The position numbers and the translations under genes are program-made. DNA of 64,000 bases from NCBI GenBank assembly GCA_016935985.1, contig JAFGPW010000007.1, positions 22,956-86,955 on the forward strand, read 5' to 3'. Below are positions 8,824 to 17,003 of the stretch, piece by piece. The DNA comes from Candidatus Woesearchaeota archaeon. GTDB lineage: Archaea > Nanobdellota > Nanobdellia > Woesearchaeales > JAFGPW01. The notes under the pieces are model-generated. The model made no database searches. It was not told where the DNA came from and saw nothing but the letters and a program-made list of their open reading frames with translations. Each line of letters begins with the position of its first letter. The first letter of the stretch is position 1.

Positions 8824-10323
8824 ATGAGGAATCTCATCATTGTCGCGGCGCTCATCCTGCTCGCAGCAGCGAGTGCGCAGGCGTTCGAGATAACGAGCCC
8901 CGCAGACCAGGCCTACACCACTACAGACATCCAGTTCGAGGTGACCCACAACGGGACCCTCGACAGCATCTCCTACAGCATCGACAACGGCACCCTGCTC
9001 GATGCGTGCGAAAACTGCTCGGACTATGGGGCGGCGCTCGTCCTCGCCGAGGGCGTTCACACGATCGCCGCCGAGGGCGCGCTCGGGAACGAGAGCTATT
9101 CGGACGACGTGGCGTTCACCATCGACCTGCCTGACGAGCCGCAGCCGGTCGACTTCTCATTCGGCATCGTGAGCCCGGTGCCCGGCACCTACGCGCCGGG
9201 CGACGTCGAGATCGACATCGAGGCGAACGAGACGCTCGACCGCATCGAGTACGACATCGGCGACGGCTGGATGCAGGCGTGCGAGTACTGCGAGGGGTAC
9301 GAGGAGACGCTCGACCTCGACGAGAGCGACTACACGCTCCGCGCGCGGGGCACGCTCGATAACGTCACCAAGGAGGCGCTCGTCCAGTTCACGGTCGAGG
9401 AGGAGCCGACGCTCACGCTCACGGTGGCCAGCCCGAAGGAGAGGACCTACGGGACGACGAGCGTCCATTTCGAGTTCAGGACGAACATGGAGGCCGACAT
9501 CGGCTACGAGCTCGACGGCGGCTACTTCGACGCCTGCGAGGGGTGCAGGGAGTTCGACGACTATGCCACGCTCGCCGAGGGAGGTCACAACCTGACCGTC
9601 TACGCCGAGGCGGGGAACCTCACCGACGTGGCGACGGTCCTGTTCGCGGTCAACGTCACGCCGTACCACGATGACGACGACAACGAGACCGACGGCGAGC
9701 CGCGTTTCACCGTCGGGCTCAACCGGCTGCCCCAAGCGGTCGGGGCCGGCGAGTACACCGACGAGGAGCTCGCCGAGGTCATCAGGAGCGGCGCGCTCCC
9801 GCCGGGCGTCGTCAACCGGCTGATAAAGACGGGGCTCCTGGGGAACGAGTCCATCCAGGCGATCCTCGACACCCAGTTCAACCCGCCGGGCATCTTCAGG
9901 AAGGTGATGGGCTGGTTCGGCTTTCGGACGAACACCTACGCCGAGCAGATCTACGAGACCTATGGGCTCTCCGACAGCGCCGAGCAGGCGCTGCTCGCCC
10001 GCGACGACCTTCCCCGGAAGTACGCGGACCGGCTGAAGCAGCAGGTGAAGGAGAAGACCCAGAACCGGCTGCGGATCCAGGAGCACGAGCCCGACGAGGG
10101 GGAGACGCCGGTCCAGCAGCAGGCCCGGGAACGCGATGAGAACCGCTCGGGCGCGAGCGCCCAGGCGCCTGGCCAGCAGAAGCGCCTCCAGGTCGGTTCG
10201 CAGGAGTCGGGCGAGGGGAAGGTCCCGCCCGGCCAGGCGAAGAAGCTCGGCGAGGGGGGACAGGGCAACGCCGGCAAGGGCAACAGCGGGAGCAACGGCA
10301 ACGGGAATGGCAAGGGCAGGTAG
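8824..10323 (+). CDS. Secreted protein with three ~90-aa Ig-like repeats, each carrying a conserved ACExC Cys pair, plus a low-complexity tail
   Basis: Signal peptide MRNLIIVAALILLAAASAQA with SD AAGGTGA upstream. Repeats contain DACENCSDY, QACEYCEGY and DACEGCREF. The tail is Gly/Asn/Lys-rich. Confidence 0.75.
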   Translation: MRNLIIVAALILLAAASAQAFEITSPADQAYTTTDIQFEVTHNGTLDSISYSIDNGTLLDACENCSDYGAALVLAEGVHTIAAEGALGNESYSDDVAFTIDLPDEPQPVDFSFGIVSPVPGTYAPGDVEIDIEANETLDRIEYDIGDGWMQACEYCEGYEETLDLDESDYTLRARGTLDNVTKEALVQFTVEEEPTLTLTVASPKERTYGTTSVHFEFRTNMEADIGYELDGGYFDACEGCREFDDYATLAEGGHNLTVYAEAGNLTDVATVLFAVNVTPYHDDDDNETDGEPRFTVGLNRLPQAVGAGEYTDEELAEVIRSGALPPGVVNRLIKTGLLGNESIQAILDTQFNPPGIFRKVMGWFGFRTNTYAEQIYETYGLSDSAEQALLARDDLPRKYADRLKQQVKEKTQNRLRIQEHEPDEGETPVQQQARERDENRSGASAQAPGQQKRLQVGSQESGEGKVPPGQAKKLGEGGQGNAGKGNSGSNGNGNGKGR

Positions 10324-10327
10324 CCCT

Positions 10328-11146
10328 TCATATTTTCTTTTTCAGCTTCAGCCGGTTCGTCTTGAAGTGCGGCTCCTTCGCGATGAGCCCCTTCTCCTCG
10401 AGCCGGCGAACCACCTTGCTCATCTTCGACTTGGAGAAGCTGAGGCCCTCTGCGACCTTCTTCTGGATCGGCTCGCCGCCGCGGACCGCGTCGAGCACTC
10501 TCCGCTCGTCCTCTGAGATGACCTCGTCGATCGCCCTCGCCGCGCGGTTGAGGAAGAAGATGTAGACCCATATCGCGATGAGGATGACCGCCGCCACCGC
10601 GGCGAGCAGCCAGAGGAGCGGGCTGTCGGGGCCCTCGTAGAAGACGGCGACGGCAGCGTCGCCGGGGAAGGCCCAGGCGAGCGTGATGCGCCTGCCGTCG
10701 GTCGTGATGGTGTCAGGCGGTGGCGTCGCCGCCGGCCCCTCAGATGAGAGCGTGAAGCCGTCGGGGAGCGTCACCCTGACCGTGGTGGAATCGTAGCCGC
10801 CGGAGAACGCGGTGCGGAAGACGCGCTCTCCCGAGCGCTTGAGCACGAGCCCGTCGAAGAGGAGCGTGAAGCCGACCGTGTTCTCGCCGACGGCGATCGG
10901 CCACATGAACTCGATCTCGTAGCCGCCGTCGGTCGCCGTGACCGCGTAGCCGCCGTCGTAGCCGACCGAGAGCGGCTCGTCGGCGACGGAGAAGATGAAG
11001 CTGTCGTACGCCTCAGGGGAGTCGAAGGTGAGGGAGATATCTTCAGTGACGATGTCATTTCCCGAGATCGAGATGTCGGTGGAGAACTCGGACGCCGCGG
11101 CGAGCGGCAGGGCGAGGACCAGGAGCACGAGCGCCAGTAGCTTCAT
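10328..11146 (-). CDS. Membrane-tethered winged-helix regulator (signal peptide + extracytoplasmic domain + TM + C-terminal wHTH)
   Basis: MKLLALVLLVLALPLAAAS. TM helix LLWLLAAVAAVILIAIWVYIFFL. C-terminus ISEDERRVLDAVRGGEPIQKKVAEGLSFSKSKMSKVVRRLEEKGLI is MarR/TrmB-like. Confidence 0.7.
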   Translation of the reverse strand: MKLLALVLLVLALPLAAASEFSTDISISGNDIVTEDISLTFDSPEAYDSFIFSVADEPLSVGYDGGYAVTATDGGYEIEFMWPIAVGENTVGFTLLFDGLVLKRSGERVFRTAFSGGYDSTTVRVTLPDGFTLSSEGPAATPPPDTITTDGRRITLAWAFPGDAAVAVFYEGPDSPLLWLLAAVAAVILIAIWVYIFFLNRAARAIDEVISEDERRVLDAVRGGEPIQKKVAEGLSFSKSKMSKVVRRLEEKGLIAKEPHFKTNRLKLKKKI

Positions 11147-11260
11147 GGGAAGGCGGTAGGAAGCGGCGTTTAAAAATGTTTTCGTGCCGGCCGGCAGGAA
11201 TATATAGTAGAGGCGCTATGTCGTGCCCAGCGGACGCCTGTCCGCGAGGGGGTGGGACGC

Positions 11261-11449
11261 ATGAAGAAGAACGTCGGGAATGCGGACCAGGTCGTCCGCT
11301 ACATCGTGACAGCGATACTCGTCATCGCCGGCTACCTGTACGGTACCTGGTGGCTTTACCTCATCGCGCTCGTGCCGCTCGTCACCAGCATCACGCGGGT
11401 GTGCCCTCTCTACTCGGCGCTGAGGGTCAGCACGGTCAGGAAGCGGTGA
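11261..11449 (+). CDS. DUF2892 (YgaP C-terminal-like) small membrane protein
   Basis: MKKNVGNADQVVRYIV...LIALVPLVTSITRVCPLYSALRVS matches the DUF2892 pattern. ATG at 11261; the track start is GTG. Confidence 0.65.
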   Translation: MKKNVGNADQVVRYIVTAILVIAGYLYGTWWLYLIALVPLVTSITRVCPLYSALRVSTVRKR

Positions 11450-11549
11450 GGAATTCCCGAACGGCTATGGGTTCTACTGAAGGGATGATTCCCTTCTTCC
11501 TTTCCCTTTTTCAGCAACACTTAAATACTAAGTTTACTCAACAGGCACC

Positions 11550-11765
11550 ATGGACATCATCGACCACCATTTCAGGCGGCTTCCCAAGAAGCGTCAGACC
11601 TTCGTCCTGATGATCGGCGCAGGGTTCTTCGTGGTCGGCGTCTTCGCCTGGTTCGCCGGGATGGCGGACGCGTTCACCGCGTTCCTGATCGTCGTCGTGG
11701 GCGTGCTCTTCGGCGAGCTGATCAAGCTGCACGACCGCGTCGAGAAGCTCGAGACGAGGAAATGA
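11550..11765 (+). CDS. Small membrane protein (hypothetical)
   Basis: 71 aa with two TM helices. Its stop overlaps the next ATG (ATGA at 11762-11765). Confidence 0.45.
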   Translation: MDIIDHHFRRLPKKRQTFVLMIGAGFFVVGVFAWFAGMADAFTAFLIVVVGVLFGELIKLHDRVEKLETRK

Positions 11766-11869
11766 CGAGCAGCATATCGTTCGTCCGCATGCTGAAGATA
11801 GCCCTCTTCTTCCTCATCACGATACTGATGCTCTTCCTCACTGTCCTCATCTGGGACCACTGGCTGTGA
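11762..11869 (+). CDS. 35-aa membrane peptide, below the ORF-track cut-off
   Basis: MTSSISFVRMLKIALFFLITILMLFLTVLIWDHWL. ATGA-coupled to the upstream ORF. Confidence 0.3.
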   Translation: MTSSISFVRMLKIALFFLITILMLFLTVLIWDHWL

Positions 11870-11885
11870 GCGGGCCTCCACAACC

Positions 11886-11896
11886 CATTTAAACAG
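11886..11896 (+). promoter_or_regulatory. TATA-like box (CATTTAAACAG) for the MORN-repeat gene
   Basis: 20-30 nt upstream of ATG 11916. Confidence 0.4.
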
Positions 11897-11915
11897 CCAG
11901 CATCCCTTTCCTGCC

Positions 11916-12230
11916 ATGGACACCTTCAAGGAGACGCTCCCGCCAGAACGCTACCGCGTCCTCCGGGAAGCGGGCACCTGGATCATCTACCACTCCAACG
12001 GCAAGAAGGCGAGCGAGACCGAGTACAAGGACGGCACGCCCACGGGCGTCCGCAAGAAGTGACACACCGACGGCTCGCTCGAGCTCGAGGAATACGGCAC
12101 CATGCGCGAGGACGGCTTCCACGGAACGAGGATCACCTGGGGCTGGCCTACTGCCGACGGCGGCCAGACCGGCACCAAGTGCTTCGTCTCGGGCGGCGCG
12201 TACAGCGACTGCGAGTACGTGAACAGCTGA
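11916..12230 (+). pseudogene. MORN-variant/YwqK-like repeat protein interrupted by an in-frame TGA (12060-12062)
   Basis: MDTFKETLPPERYRVLREAGTWIIYHSNGKKASETEYKDGTPTGVRKK-TGA-HTDGSLELEEYGTMREDGFHGTRITW... The repeat pattern W..Y..NG....E.Y.DG...G continues straight across the stop. Confidence 0.6.
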
Positions 12231-12345
12231 GCGGCGGCAGGGAGCGGAAGGGATAGCCCCGCAGGACGGCTGTGCCGGCCTTTTTTCCCATATTTCTTAA
12301 CATTTAAGGAAAAGATTTTTAAATTAACACTACCCACCAATAAGT

Positions 12346-13029
12346 ATGGGGGCAGCCACTTACCCGAAGGAAGCGAGTACCTTGGCCTATATCGTCAAAG
12401 ACTCGGCTCCGCCCCTCAACCCGGCATCCCTGCTCAATCCCTTCAACAGCAAGGAGTATCATCAGACCGTCATGCTCACCAACGATGACGAAGGGTTCCA
12501 GAACGCGCTCGCGTTCGTCAGCCGCCGGCTCAGGTCGTACGGCATCCCGCCAGATGAGCTCGAGGACCGGCTCCAGGCGGTGGGAGAGGCGGTGCAGAAC
12601 ATCCAGCTGCACACGAACAAGAGGGACAACGCCCATGGCCTGTACGTCGGCGTGCGACGGGTGACCGAAGACTACGTCATCGTGGCGCTCTTCGGCGACG
12701 GGCCCGGGAAGCTCGACATCACGCGGTTCATGGACAACCTCGCGCGGACGACCGACCTGCAGAAGCGCATGAAGGCGGCGGCGACCCCGCAGGAGAAGCT
12801 CAGCCTCCTCACCGAGGCGGAACGGTTCAGGGGTGGGATGGGCGGCTATTTCATGAGCGCGCACAGCGACCTCGTGGGATTCATCCTCTTCCCCGACTCA
12901 GGAGCGCCGGACCCGCATGACATGTATCAGAGCGAGAAGACAAACCCGTTCGGCTTCAGGTTCTACCTCGGGCCCTCCAACCCTGAGACGATACTCGGGT
13001 TCTGCATCAGGAAGGAGTTGCCCAACTAG
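12346..13029 (+). CDS. GHKL ATPase-fold protein resembling SpoIIAB/RsbW-type serine kinases
   Basis: N-box AVGEAVQNIQLH, G1 FGDGPG and G2 RFRGGMGGYFMSAHSD occur in the SpoIIAB order. TATA-like GATTTTTAAATTA lies about 25 nt upstream. Confidence 0.6.
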   Translation: MGAATYPKEASTLAYIVKDSAPPLNPASLLNPFNSKEYHQTVMLTNDDEGFQNALAFVSRRLRSYGIPPDELEDRLQAVGEAVQNIQLHTNKRDNAHGLYVGVRRVTEDYVIVALFGDGPGKLDITRFMDNLARTTDLQKRMKAAATPQEKLSLLTEAERFRGGMGGYFMSAHSDLVGFILFPDSGAPDPHDMYQSEKTNPFGFRFYLGPSNPETILGFCIRKELPN

Positions 13030-13143
13030 ACAGCGCGGTTCTCAGAACAACCGGACGTCAGCGAAAGCTCCGGAGGATTGCCAACAGGTTCCTGTCGCTG
13101 ACACGAGACTCTGGCGATAGTCCAGTGGACATCCGCACGTCAC

Positions 13144-13154
13144 GCATATAAGCC
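13144..13154 (+). promoter_or_regulatory. TATA-like box (GCATATAAGCC) for the 13176 gene
   Basis: 22-32 nt upstream of ATG 13176. Confidence 0.4.
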
Positions 13155-13175
13155 AGGCCTCCCCGCAGCAGGAGC

Positions 13176-13649
13176 ATGGCAAGGCGCATGACGACCATGA
13201 TCCCCACGCGCTCCAGGGACGAGTTCAAGGCGCGCCTCGCGCACGAGATACGCCGGCACGTCATCGGCGGGAGGAAGAGCATCACCTTCATCGACTGCGC
13301 GAACTCGCTCTCGCCCTACCTCTTCAAGAGGAAGGAGCTGCCCCGCATCATGGACCGCGTCTTCTTCGCCCGCATCGAGACCGCGTACGACCTCGCCGAC
13401 CAGCTGAAAGAGCTTCCGGCAGACCCATACTTCAGGAGCTCGGGAGCGCTCTTCGTCTCCGACTGGCGTCACCTGCTCGACGATCTCCCGCGCGACGAGC
13501 AGGAGCGCCTGACCGAAGAGATCGAGGACCGGCTCGAGCTCCTTAGCGAGCGGCACGGGAAGCCGGTGACCGTCCTGGAGGTGGTGCGCAGATCGGCCAT
13601 ACAGTCCCGCCTAAGCGCTACGTCATCTACGACAAGTTGTCAGACATGA
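13176..13649 (+). CDS. Degenerate, shortened family-B DNA polymerase palm-like ORF (inference); a RecA-like core is the alternative reading
   Basis: ITFIDCANSLSPYLF resembles motif A (DxxSLYPS). RIMDRVFFA resembles motif B (KxxxNSxYG). ALFVSDWR sits at the motif C position. Its stop overlaps the next ATG (ATGA 13646-13649). Confidence 0.45.
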   Translation: MARRMTTMIPTRSRDEFKARLAHEIRRHVIGGRKSITFIDCANSLSPYLFKRKELPRIMDRVFFARIETAYDLADQLKELPADPYFRSSGALFVSDWRHLLDDLPRDEQERLTEEIEDRLELLSERHGKPVTVLEVVRRSAIQSRLSATSSTTSCQT

Positions 13650-14173
13650 TGAGGTTCGCGGTACGGCGACGCACCAGCCCGAACGTCATCAAGGCCTTCC
13701 AGGAGGAGGTGATCGCCGGGCTCGGCGAGGTCTACCGGGAGGACGACCTGCGCGTGCTGCTGGCGCGGGGGGTCGGCATCCTGAAGCGGCACCTCGCGAT
13801 GCTCAGGCACGCGACAGCAGAGGACCTCGCGATGACGGTGCGGCTGCAGAGGGTGCAGTACAGGGTCGACTGCCCACAGAAGGCGGTGGCCGAGAGGCTC
13901 CGCGCATCAGGCAAGCAGGTCAACGTCGGCGAGAGCGTGCGCTACGTCATCGAGGACCATGCGGAGAAGCGGTATGTCCCGCTCGAGCACTATCGCGGCG
14001 GGTTCGATGCCGCGCGCTACGCGCTGCTCATGAAGGAGGCGCTCGTGCACGTGTTCCTGCCATTCGCAATCGACACGTCCGATATCGACCGGCTGCTCGC
14101 GCGGGAGCGCCAGCTGACGATCGGTGAGGCGCTCGGGACCGCGCAGAGGATCAGGGTGCTCGTCGCAGCATAA
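13646..14173 (+). CDS. Family-B DNA polymerase thumb-domain-like ORF (gene remnant or split mini-PolB)
   Basis: FAVRRRTSPNVIKAFQEEV...CPQKAVAERLRASGKQVNVGESVRYVIED...DAARYALLMKEALVHVFLPF parallels LEFVRRDWTELAKTFQ...PPHVKAARKL...IDYAHYIEKQLKPIADSVLCFF of the true PolB at 62860-64000. A KRYVIYD (KxY motif) lies in the same frame just upstream of the ATG. Confidence 0.55.
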   Translation: MMRFAVRRRTSPNVIKAFQEEVIAGLGEVYREDDLRVLLARGVGILKRHLAMLRHATAEDLAMTVRLQRVQYRVDCPQKAVAERLRASGKQVNVGESVRYVIEDHAEKRYVPLEHYRGGFDAARYALLMKEALVHVFLPFAIDTSDIDRLLARERQLTIGEALGTAQRIRVLVAA

Positions 14174-14205
14174 CGCTTTTATAGTGGATGTCGTTCACCG
14201 GCATC

Positions 14206-14811
14206 ATGACGATTAAGGCGATCATCTTCGATGTCGGCAATTGTTATCTCACCGGCTCGATCAACGCGTTCTTGACCCGCGCGTTCGACTACCTCGGTAT
14301 CGATGATCGGACGTTCCACAGGGATGAGATAGTGTTTGATCCTGACTACAATAAGGGCCTGACAACGATCAAGGATAGCTTTGAGAAGATGTTTGTGAGG
14401 AGGCTCAGCGATAAGCAGCTGGAGACGTTGACAGGATTCTGGACCACCACCTGGACTCTCGACCCTGGGATGGCGAAGCTTGTCGCTTCGCTCCGTAAAC
14501 GCTACCGGCTCGCGATTCTTTCCGTATCCGATGAGGCCAACTCAACGAAATACAAGGAACGCGGTTGGTATGACGGCTTTGATCCCGTCGTGCTCTCCCA
14601 TGAGGAAGGCATCCTCAAGCCAGACAGGAGGATCTATGAGATTACGCTCGAGCGTCTCGGCCTGCCTGCGCGAGAGTGCCTGTTCATCGATGACCAGAAG
14701 AAGAACGTCAATGCGGCCGAGAGGCTCGGCATGCACGGCATCCTCTATACGACACTCCAGAACCTTATTGAGGACCTCAAGGAGCACGGTATCGAGTTCC
14801 AGGTTCAGTAG
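14206..14811 (+). CDS. HAD-superfamily hydrolase
   Basis: MTIKAIIFDVGN (motif I variant), LSVSD, FIDDQKKNVNAAERLG (motif IV). TATA-like GCTTTTATAG lies about 25 nt upstream of ATG 14206; the track start at 14188 abuts the TATA. G+C is somewhat lower than in neighbouring genes. Confidence 0.8.
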   Translation: MTIKAIIFDVGNCYLTGSINAFLTRAFDYLGIDDRTFHRDEIVFDPDYNKGLTTIKDSFEKMFVRRLSDKQLETLTGFWTTTWTLDPGMAKLVASLRKRYRLAILSVSDEANSTKYKERGWYDGFDPVVLSHEEGILKPDRRIYEITLERLGLPARECLFIDDQKKNVNAAERLGMHGILYTTLQNLIEDLKEHGIEFQVQ

Positions 14812-15383
14812 GGCGTGCCCTTCGCGCGCGCCGCCGCAAACGCGCCGAGGTGCCACTCGAACTCATCAAGGAACCGCTGGACACGCTTCTCGTACGCCTT
14901 CTCGACCGCGTTGCCGTCGTCGTCGAACGCGTCCTGGACCGCCGGGATCGGGAACATCGTCGGGGTCGGCGGGGTCCCGAGCTGGGCGAGGACGGCGCGC
15001 AGGTGCACCGCCGCGCGGACGCCGCCGAACGGCCCGTTCGAGTAGCACGCGATCGCGCTCGGCTTGAAGCGGAACTCCTCGCCGTAGTGGTCGAGCAGGT
15101 TGGTGAGGGCCGGCGGCATGCTGTGGTTGTACTCGCCGGTGACAATGAGGAAGCCGTCGGCTGCCGCGAGGATCCTCGCCACCGCCGCCATCGCCTTCGG
15201 CGCCGTGCCCTTCCCGTACTCGTTGTACTTCCGTTCGAGCAGCGGCAACGGGTGCTCCTTCGGGTCGACGAGCGTCGCGTCGTGGCCGCGCGCCGTGAGC
15301 TTCCTCATGAGGAACCGGGCCGCCTTGATGCCCTGCCTGCCCTCGCGTACCGATCCGTAGATGACCGCTATCTTGTATGCCAT
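14805..15383 (-). CDS. NAD(P)H-dependent FMN reductase
   Basis: MAYKIAVIYGSVREGRQG...FLIVTGEYNHSMPPALTN is the typical flavin reductase signature. Confidence 0.85.
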   Translation of the reverse strand: MAYKIAVIYGSVREGRQGIKAARFLMRKLTARGHDATLVDPKEHPLPLLERKYNEYGKGTAPKAMAAVARILAAADGFLIVTGEYNHSMPPALTNLLDHYGEEFRFKPSAIACYSNGPFGGVRAAVHLRAVLAQLGTPPTPTMFPIPAVQDAFDDDGNAVEKAYEKRVQRFLDEFEWHLGAFAAARAKGTPY

Positions 15384-15502
15384 AAGGAGGGGAAAGGAAA
15401 CGTCCTATATAATGGTGATGGGATTGAGCTCTTCCTCCCCCCCGGAAGGGCGCCCTTCCTCTGACAGAAAGGGTTATAAAGGCGCCATCCAGTAGTCCGT
15501 CC

Positions 15503-15766
15503 ATGGACCTGCGCACGTTGAGCGAACGCCAGATGGCGCAGATGGGGCGCAAAGGGAACCTCCCGAAGAGCACGACCGAGGTCGCCCTCCACCTCGTCGA
15601 GGAGGTGGGCGAGGTCTGCGAGGCGCTGCGTGAGGGAAAGCCGAAGGGGGAGCTCGAGGCAGAGCTCGCCGACGTCCTCTGGCAGCTGAACAAGCTCTGC
15701 TGGACCGAGAAGGTCGATCTCGAGAAGGCGTTCATGGAAAAGCTCGAGAGGAACGAGCGGCGCTAG
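15503..15766 (+). CDS. MazG-like nucleotide pyrophosphohydrolase (small, single domain)
   Basis: LHLVEEVGEVCEALREG...ELADVLWQLNKL contains the EExxE...D MazG motifs. Confidence 0.75.
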   Translation: MDLRTLSERQMAQMGRKGNLPKSTTEVALHLVEEVGEVCEALREGKPKGELEAELADVLWQLNKLCWTEKVDLEKAFMEKLERNERR

Positions 15767-16950
15767 CCGAACAGCCCCTGCTCGTGGTGCCGGCGCGCGA
15801 TCTCGTCGGCGAGCCGGTCGAGCGGCGGGTACATCTGGCTGGGCGCATGCGACTTCACGAGGACCGTCTCGAGGAACTCGGCCTGCAGCTGGCCGAGCGA
15901 TCTCTTCACCTTCTCAGCCATCTGCCCGCCCCAGGAAAACGAGCCGATGACCGCCGCCTGCCGGGCCTTCGGCTTGAGCGCGTCGATGAGCGCGCAGGCG
16001 TAGACGACGTGCGGGTGCGGGCCGGCGAGGACCGTCGGCGATCCTATCACGATCGTCGCCGCGTCGAGGAGCGCCATGGTGAGCTTCCCAGGATCGGTCC
16101 TCTCCAGGTCGACCATCACCACCTTTATGGCGCGTTCGGTCAGCCGCGCGGCGAGATGCCGCGCCATCTCCCGGGTCGTGCCGTGCATGGTGGCATAGCA
16201 GATGAGGACCGTGTTCTCGACCTCGTCGGACGACCACTTCCGATAGGCGTCGAGGATGGGGAGAGGGTGGGAATGCAGCGGCCCGTGCGAGGGCGCGATG
16301 ATGTCGATGTCGAGCCGCTCGACCGTAGCGAGGTGCTTCGCGACGAAGCGCCGGAACGGCGCCATGATCTCGGCATAGTAGCGCTTCGCGTCCTGATAGA
16401 CATTCTCTTCGCCGTCGGAGTACAGGCAGTTCGTCGCGAGATGCGAGCCGAAGAGGTCACAGGAGAAGAGGATCCGGTCCTCGACGAGGTAGGTGAGCAT
16501 GGTCTCCGGCCAGTGGACCCACGGCGCGAAGATGAAGCGGAGCGTCTTCCCGCCGAGCGAGAGCGACTCGCCGTCCTCGACCGTGCGGAACCGCTCCTCG
16601 GGCAGGAGGAAGAGGTCGCGCAGGAATCCCATGCAGGCCTTGTTGCAGACGACGAGCGCGCCGGGGAAGCGCCCGAGCACCGCCGGGACCGATCCCGAGT
16701 GGTCCTGCTCCGCATGGTTCGCGATTATGTAATCGATGCGCTCCACGCCGAGCGAGGCGAGGTTCGCGAGGAGCTCGCCGGCCTTGGAGGGCTCGACCGT
16801 GTCGATGAGGGCCGTCCTCTCGCTCCCCTTGACGAGGAAGGCGTTGTAGCTGGTCCCGTCAGGCGTCGGCAGCAGCAGGTCGAAGAGCCGCCGGTCCCAG
16901 TCGGCCGCGCCGACCGAATGTACCCCGTCGCGTATCTGCTGGCATGCCAT
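15763..16950 (-). CDS. fprA: Flavodiiron protein (FprA-type O2/NO reductase)
   Basis: Metallo-beta-lactamase-like domain with ANHAEQDHSG (HxExDH), plus a C-terminal flavodoxin domain (VLICYATMHGTTREMA). Confidence 0.9.
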   Translation of the reverse strand: MACQQIRDGVHSVGAADWDRRLFDLLLPTPDGTSYNAFLVKGSERTALIDTVEPSKAGELLANLASLGVERIDYIIANHAEQDHSGSVPAVLGRFPGALVVCNKACMGFLRDLFLLPEERFRTVEDGESLSLGGKTLRFIFAPWVHWPETMLTYLVEDRILFSCDLFGSHLATNCLYSDGEENVYQDAKRYYAEIMAPFRRFVAKHLATVERLDIDIIAPSHGPLHSHPLPILDAYRKWSSDEVENTVLICYATMHGTTREMARHLAARLTERAIKVVMVDLERTDPGKLTMALLDAATIVIGSPTVLAGPHPHVVYACALIDALKPKARQAAVIGSFSWGGQMAEKVKRSLGQLQAEFLETVLVKSHAPSQMYPPLDRLADEIARRHHEQGLFG

Positions 16951-17003
16951 GGTCTCCCCATCCGTAGAGGTCTGCAGGAGCTATAAATAGGTTTGTCTTC
17001 ACT

